64,000 bases of DNA, from IMG/VR virus record IMGVR_UViG_3300027741_000040, positions 31,800-95,799 of that record. One strand, given 5' to 3'. This DNA is from a virus. Under the pieces are notes generated by a model, which did not search any database, had not been told where the DNA came from, and worked only from the letters and a program-made list of their open reading frames with translations. Positions 59,344 to 64,000 of the stretch are shown here, piece after piece; position 1 is the stretch's first letter; every line of letters starts with the position of its first letter. The position numbers and the translations under genes were made by a program.

Positions 59344-60270
59344 TTAGAGATAGTCATCAAATCCATAGCTTGGTAGTTTTTGTAGGGGGAACCCATCAAA
59401 ACCACTGAAAGCATACGAACCATTCATGGCTAACATTCCGGCAGCAACATCAGCACGAATTAAGAAAGACCCGTCTGGAATTGGACCCCAATCAGGATGA
59501 CCCCCATCATTCCACTTACCCCAACTATTTTGGACTAAAAATGCGGGCTCACTACCAGTATCGTCACAAGCTATCCAAGCCATGCAATGTCCCCAATTAC
59601 CAGATGTTTTAGCAAATCCCTTTTTATCTCTCGTATTACTAAAACCATAATTAGAACATACAGCCAAACCGTATCCGTTAGCAAGGGCATCTCGTGCTTC
59701 TTCTACTGTTCGTATTAGTGAAGCAGTCTTAATTTGGTGGTCATTTGCAGTATCTATTACTTTGTCGGGTAGTCCACGACCTCCCCAGCCAGCACCAAGA
59801 TTACCGTTGTATTTGCTGAAGTCAGCAACTCCAGGGTAATTTTTCCTTACTACTATTCCACCGATTTTACTAACAAATTCTGCAGCCCTAGAGCAACTCA
59901 TCCCTTCACCAGAAAAGCCTCTTGCTCCATAGATAGCTTCTGTTGCTCCTTTTGCTATCCAGTCTTCTCTCTCATTTCCTATATCTATTTCTACGGCTCG
60001 CGTAACATCACAAGCATTTCGTGTTCCATGACTTACACAATCCCCAGTGGTTTGTCTTTCGTTATAAGGGTTTTTATCAAATTTTAACACACTCTTATAT
60101 GGTGTTGAGAGCTTACCCTTACCACTGCCACTAATTTTTTTACTAGCATCGCCAAATAATGGATACTTGGAAGTTTCCATCAAATGATCATATACGTGCT
60201 GCTCCCATAAGCATCCACTAAATCCTTTGCGATAATTATCGTATAGTTCTTTTGGCGTATATCGTGGCAT
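59344..60270 (-). CDS. Papain-like (C1/clan CA) cysteine peptidase
   Basis: Q-TTGD-C (oxyanion Gln, catalytic Cys), GHCM (His), QNSWG (Asn). Confidence 0.85.
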   Translation of the reverse strand: MPRYTPKELYDNYRKGFSGCLWEQHVYDHLMETSKYPLFGDASKKISGSGKGKLSTPYKSVLKFDKNPYNERQTTGDCVSHGTRNACDVTRAVEIDIGNEREDWIAKGATEAIYGARGFSGEGMSCSRAAEFVSKIGGIVVRKNYPGVADFSKYNGNLGAGWGGRGLPDKVIDTANDHQIKTASLIRTVEEARDALANGYGLAVCSNYGFSNTRDKKGFAKTSGNWGHCMAWIACDDTGSEPAFLVQNSWGKWNDGGHPDWGPIPDGSFLIRADVAAGMLAMNGSYAFSGFDGFPLQKLPSYGFDDYL

Positions 60271-60761
60271 TATTTTGATCCCGTGTTACAAGCCCAGGCT
60301 AAAGCATTAAGACCTTCTACAGCTTTAACTCTAAGCTCTTTGGATAAGAGAATTTGATCATCGCCAATAGCAGTAACTACTACTTCTTTTGCTTCTTTAG
60401 CTAGATTTGGATACTTACCTTTCATATCTAGTCTAAGCATAACTCCGGCTAAACTATTTGCTTGACGAATTTCTTCAGTACTTTTAATTACTTGATCTTC
60501 ACCATCAAGCTCTACCAGTTTTGCTAGGTCAATATACAAGTCTCTTAATCTTTTAGCATCACTTTTAGCCCCAGCTTCTTTTAGTAGTAAAACTACGTCA
60601 TCGGCTTCTTTTTTTAAAGCTTGGTCTGTTGGTTCCGGTAGTTCCAAAACATCAATAGATACTGGTTTATTTGGACCAAGAAAATTTGAAAACTCTGGTT
60701 TAAGTAGACCAACAACAATCAATAGAGCAGCTAATCCTAGTAATATATTTTTTTGATTCAT
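60270..60761 (-). CDS. Membrane-anchored helical protein
   Basis: N-terminal anchor ILLGLAALLIVVGLL. Confidence 0.7.
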   Translation of the reverse strand: MNQKNILLGLAALLIVVGLLKPEFSNFLGPNKPVSIDVLELPEPTDQALKKEADDVVLLLKEAGAKSDAKRLRDLYIDLAKLVELDGEDQVIKSTEEIRQANSLAGVMLRLDMKGKYPNLAKEAKEVVVTAIGDDQILLSKELRVKAVEGLNALAWACNTGSK

Positions 60762-61147
60762 GATACCTTATCCTCATTTTGTTGACATACATTTGGACTT
60801 AAGTAAGGAAACATTTGGTCAGCAACCTTGACTGCTTCTGAACATCCGCTCTGAACAGCAAGGTCACGAGTTTGTTTCCATGAGACCACTAGCTTAAAAA
60901 AAGTATCTTCGGGATCATTTTTCTTTGGTACAACCACCGGCGAAATTGATGGAACACTAACAACTGGTAGAGATGTATTGGATGGAACCCCTTTAATTTT
61001 TTCAACTAAACCAGTCAATAGTTTTTGTACTGGACTAAGTTTATCCTTAAACATAACCCATAGTACAAGACCAACACCAGCATAAAGAGCCAAATCCGTT
61101 GTGCTCAAACGACTACTAAATTCTTGAAAGCTTTCTGTAAAATTCAT
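60758..61147 (-). CDS. Single-pass membrane protein
   Basis: AAGGA before ATG 61147; LALYAGVGLVLWVMF. Confidence 0.7.
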   Translation of the reverse strand: MNFTESFQEFSSRLSTTDLALYAGVGLVLWVMFKDKLSPVQKLLTGLVEKIKGVPSNTSLPVVSVPSISPVVVPKKNDPEDTFFKLVVSWKQTRDLAVQSGCSEAVKVADQMFPYLSPNVCQQNEDKVS

Positions 61148-61157
61148 TTTATTTTCC

Positions 61158-61583
61158 TTATTTGTCTGAAACGGGAGGCGTATTATCAACGACAGGATCA
61201 ACCTTAGTATTGGGATCAACAAAAATTCCACTATTTCTGAAAGTGGTAACCAAAGCATCAATAGTTGCACTAACTAACAGCATGAGAATTTGTTTCACGT
61301 ACTTCTGTATAATAGGTTGAAAAAGTTGTGGAACAAATGGAAAATTTATTATTGTAAATACTTGATCATAAAAGTTAGAGATCATAGTCATAGCAAGTGT
61401 TTTTTTATCAGCCCCCTTAAGAGAGGGACTATTATCTTCTATACTTTGAATAACTTCTGCTGTAGCTAACTGTAAAACATTCCATGCTTGTGGTACAGCT
61501 ACTGCTTTTGCATTTTTAAGTATCTCTTTAGCTTTAACTACTAGATCACCAAGATCATTTACTGACAGGTTTTGGGTTTGCAT
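61158..61583 (-). CDS. Hypothetical protein (holin-neighbour type)
   Basis: 141 aa; amphipathic helices with a KGADKK motif. Confidence 0.6.
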   Translation of the reverse strand: MQTQNLSVNDLGDLVVKAKEILKNAKAVAVPQAWNVLQLATAEVIQSIEDNSPSLKGADKKTLAMTMISNFYDQVFTIINFPFVPQLFQPIIQKYVKQILMLLVSATIDALVTTFRNSGIFVDPNTKVDPVVDNTPPVSDK

Positions 61584-61881
61584 TTTTCTTTCTCTTTTTT
61601 CTTAATGGTTCAGAATTTTTCCTATTAGCTTCTTTTCTTTCTTCTGGAGTGGCTGTGCTCCACCAGGTTTTCTTTAAATCTGTTCTTCCTTTGATATATT
61701 TAAATAATACTGTTAGTTGTCCAATAATAAGAATTGTAGCTTCTAGGCCTCTACTAGTTTCTTGAATCAAATCTTCTTTTTGAGAGTTTTCTCCAATAAT
61801 TCCCATTAGATATAGTCCACTAAAAATGAAACTAACGGCTGTAAACCAAAATTCTGAACTTTTCCAACCTGGTTTAATCAT
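61555..61881 (-). CDS. Putative holin
   Basis: MIKPGWKSSEFW start, two hydrophobic segments, highly basic C-terminus; AGGAG SD. Confidence 0.6.
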   Translation of the reverse strand: MIKPGWKSSEFWFTAVSFIFSGLYLMGIIGENSQKEDLIQETSRGLEATILIIGQLTVLFKYIKGRTDLKKTWWSTATPEERKEANRKNSEPLRKKRKKNANPKPVSK

Positions 61882-61914
61882 AATAGTTTATCTCCTATTT
61901 TAAAGACTTCTATT

Positions 61915-61934
61915 ATATATTATATACACCGCTA
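61915..61934 (-). promoter_or_regulatory. GGTGTAT motif (candidate phage promoter) upstream of the holin-like gene
   Basis: TAGCGGTGTATATAATATAT directly at and after the HNH gene stop codon. Confidence 0.6.
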
Positions 61935-62618
61935 CAAGATCTTATCTGATTTAGCAATATTCAAATCCCACCACAGCGGCTGCATATTAGTATAGTGAAA
62001 ACAAATTTTTTGCTGTTCTGGATCAGAAAGGTCAAAACTGGCGCATGGAATTATGTGGTCAATATGCCATCCTTTGGGGCCATAGGTTTCCCAGTTCAGT
62101 CTAGGGTCTTTATAAAATTGTGATTCTAGATGTTGTTTAAACTCTTCGATAGAACAACCCAATAATTCTGTTGTGGTTTGAGACTTATAGTATCCTTTAA
62201 TACTAGCTACTATTCTTTTTTGTAAGATACTTCTTAACCTATAAGAAAGATCAGTATAATATTTTTTATGCTGCCACTTATTTGCGCTTTGTCTAATTTT
62301 TTCTTTATTATTAATCCTATAATCTTTCATATATTCCGGCTTATTTAGTCTTTGTTCTTTCTGATAGGCTAGTTTGGTTTCTCTTTGTCTTGAGTATCTT
62401 TGTTTATCTATTATCTTAATATGTTCTTTATTTTGAATTTTATAGTCTTTGGATTTTTTTATTCTGTCTTCTCTATTTTTAATATATCTATTGTGCTGAT
62501 TAATTTTATCGCAATATTTACACTGAGCTAGCTTACCGTATTTACCAGTTTTACTATTTGGAAAATCATTAAGTTGTTTTTCAATATTGCATTGATTACA
62601 TGTTTTTGTTTGAGTCAT
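61932..62618 (-). CDS. Free-standing HNH homing-endonuclease-like protein
   Basis: N-terminal CNQC...CKYC, basic helical repeats, WHIDHIIPC...HYTNMQPLW...NIAK. Confidence 0.85.
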   Translation of the reverse strand: MTQTKTCNQCNIEKQLNDFPNSKTGKYGKLAQCKYCDKINQHNRYIKNREDRIKKSKDYKIQNKEHIKIIDKQRYSRQRETKLAYQKEQRLNKPEYMKDYRINNKEKIRQSANKWQHKKYYTDLSYRLRSILQKRIVASIKGYYKSQTTTELLGCSIEEFKQHLESQFYKDPRLNWETYGPKGWHIDHIIPCASFDLSDPEQQKICFHYTNMQPLWWDLNIAKSDKIL

Positions 62619-62636
62619 AATAAAGATAGTTTAGTA

Positions 62637-63617
62637 TTATACGTTTTGATCAACAAATCCGAAGCAAACTGTGCAGTAATATTCTGCCGAACCGTAGTTG
62701 AACGTCACACTGCTCATTGTTCCATCGATTCGTATAATATTATATCCTTCTTCTCCAATAAATTGTGTGTATTGAGTTGGACTTACTTGATTTAGATATG
62801 TTGTTTGTGTTCCAGGAATAATACCATTTGATGACCAAATTGGAGTAAAAGGTTTTGGTGCAGAATTTTCATCGAGTACCATTACAGGAACTTGTAGTCC
62901 TGCTTGACCGACACTTGCAAATGCAACTAGAGCATCTGTGACTGGAGAACTAAATATTGCAGTAAACACTCCAGGCTGAGTATTTGCAATTTGATTACCG
63001 TCAGTTGGTACTCCGTATTCTATTGGAAAATTGGTGGCTCCTACAGCGCCGTTATGTAAAAACATACCACCACCATTTTGGGTAACATTTATTGTTATAT
63101 TATTTTGACCAATTCCTGATGCTGTAGATTCTGTAATAGAATTCATTGTCATCCACTGAAATCCTGAGCTACCAAAAGAGGGGGGTGTGGGACTAGGAGT
63201 AGGTGTGGGAGTAGGAGTAGAAACTGGAGAACCACAACTCGTACCGTCTTGACGAACTTTCTCAGCAGCATATGGGGACGGCCACTCTACTAGCCAAGGC
63301 CGGTCAGCATAACTATATGCCCTAACAATCTCTCCTCCAGTATTAGTATAAATCCATACTCCTGTTTCATATCGCACAGCTTCATCCCCATAAATATAAG
63401 TTTCTCTTCCATACGGAGCATATCCAATAGGAGCAAGAATTCGATCACCAACAAACCACCCAGTCATTTTAACGCTAGATGTTGAGTCTGGACAGCTTTC
63501 TATAGTTTCAAATACTATACTATTTCCTAAAAATACTTTAGAGATACTAGTATTTCCTAATTTAATAGAAGTTATATTAGAGTTATTTAAAAATATATCA
63601 CTATTTACTGTTGGCAT
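62637..63617 (-). CDS. Putative fibre/receptor-binding protein with Pro/Thr linker
   Basis: N-terminal IKLGNTSISKVFLGNSIVF motif typical of fibre proteins; STPTPTPTPSPTPP linker; beta-rich C-terminal domain. Confidence 0.6.
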   Translation of the reverse strand: MPTVNSDIFLNNSNITSIKLGNTSISKVFLGNSIVFETIESCPDSTSSVKMTGWFVGDRILAPIGYAPYGRETYIYGDEAVRYETGVWIYTNTGGEIVRAYSYADRPWLVEWPSPYAAEKVRQDGTSCGSPVSTPTPTPTPSPTPPSFGSSGFQWMTMNSITESTASGIGQNNITINVTQNGGGMFLHNGAVGATNFPIEYGVPTDGNQIANTQPGVFTAIFSSPVTDALVAFASVGQAGLQVPVMVLDENSAPKPFTPIWSSNGIIPGTQTTYLNQVSPTQYTQFIGEEGYNIIRIDGTMSSVTFNYGSAEYYCTVCFGFVDQNV

Positions 63618-63629
63618 ACAAATTGGTCC

Positions 63630-63890
63630 TTAACCATTAACTATGTATAGAGTATTAGGATCTTTTGTAGCAAGAGCGTCATAGTTACTCTGAGAAATAC
63701 TAATCATATTTGTTATACGGCTAGAATTATTAACTAAATTAGTATTGCTTTGAACCAAACCAGAATGAAGAACAGATAATGGAACTTTTTTGGTTAAAGC
63801 AGACCCTGATGGATCATCCATAATTAAAAATATATCATCGCTAGTCAATCCACTAGCTGCTGGAAATTCATTTATTCTTTGAATGCTCAT
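63630..63890 (-). CDS. Small tail-fibre-like protein
   Basis: RINEFPAA...DDIFLI...TKKV and SQSNYDALATKDPNTLYIV, both motifs common in phage fibre proteins. Confidence 0.65.
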   Translation of the reverse strand: MSIQRINEFPAASGLTSDDIFLIMDDPSGSALTKKVPLSVLHSGLVQSNTNLVNNSSRITNMISISQSNYDALATKDPNTLYIVNG

Positions 63891-64000
63891 TATCCACCTA
63901 TTACTGTTTGATCGCCTACTAATTGTACAAAAATACCATTATAGAATCTATTTCCATATTTACTAGCTATATCTCCTGATGCTGGAGTATTTAGAACATA
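63890..64000 (-). CDS. 3' end of a CDS continuing beyond the window
   Basis: Open frame YVLNTPASGDIASKYGNRFYNGIFVQLVGDQTVIGG*, coupled by TAATG to the next gene. Confidence 0.6.
   Translation of the reverse strand, partial: YVLNTPASGDIASKYGNRFYNGIFVQLVGDQTVIGG

Noticed and set aside
173-62795. Remaining short ORFs in the track nested in or antisense to long genes (for example 39282..39626, 39859..40275, 56401..56757)
   Set aside because: They overlap well-supported genes entirely and show no recognisable motifs.

Overview
AT-rich, gene-dense segment of a large tailed-phage genome with two converging arms whose stop codons abut at 31572/31573. The + arm (1-31572) encodes very large virion or tail-type proteins carrying FGE-sulfatase-like, FN3, RCC1, LamG, BspA/DUF285-like and P-domain-like modules, Pro/Thr mucin-like linkers and a tandem paralog pair. 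The - arm (31573-64000) encodes a glycosyltransferase cluster, SSB, a DnaE-type polymerase split into two genes around a DEDDh exonuclease, a Cas4/AddB-like nuclease, dNMP kinase, primase, DnaB, an intein-containing RecA, HNH proteins, PhoH, class II RNR, dCMP deaminase and a holin/papain-like peptidase/membrane-protein block. The main finding is at the 5' end of dnaE. The conserved PHP motif LHVHS-HYSLLDG is broken by an 11-nt insert arranged as UCU-UAG-GUGAA-UCU (matched take-off and landing codons around a stop), directly behind a hairpin with a perfect 9-bp stem. This is the architecture of programmed ribosomal bypassing. The gene immediately upstream appears to start at AUU. Other notable items are a class 3 intein starting with Glu, a circularly permuted FGE-sulfatase domain and a recurrent GGTGTAT intergenic motif. 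No rRNA, tRNA, CRISPR array or reverse transcriptase was seen. All family assignments come from motif recognition by eye, not from database searches.
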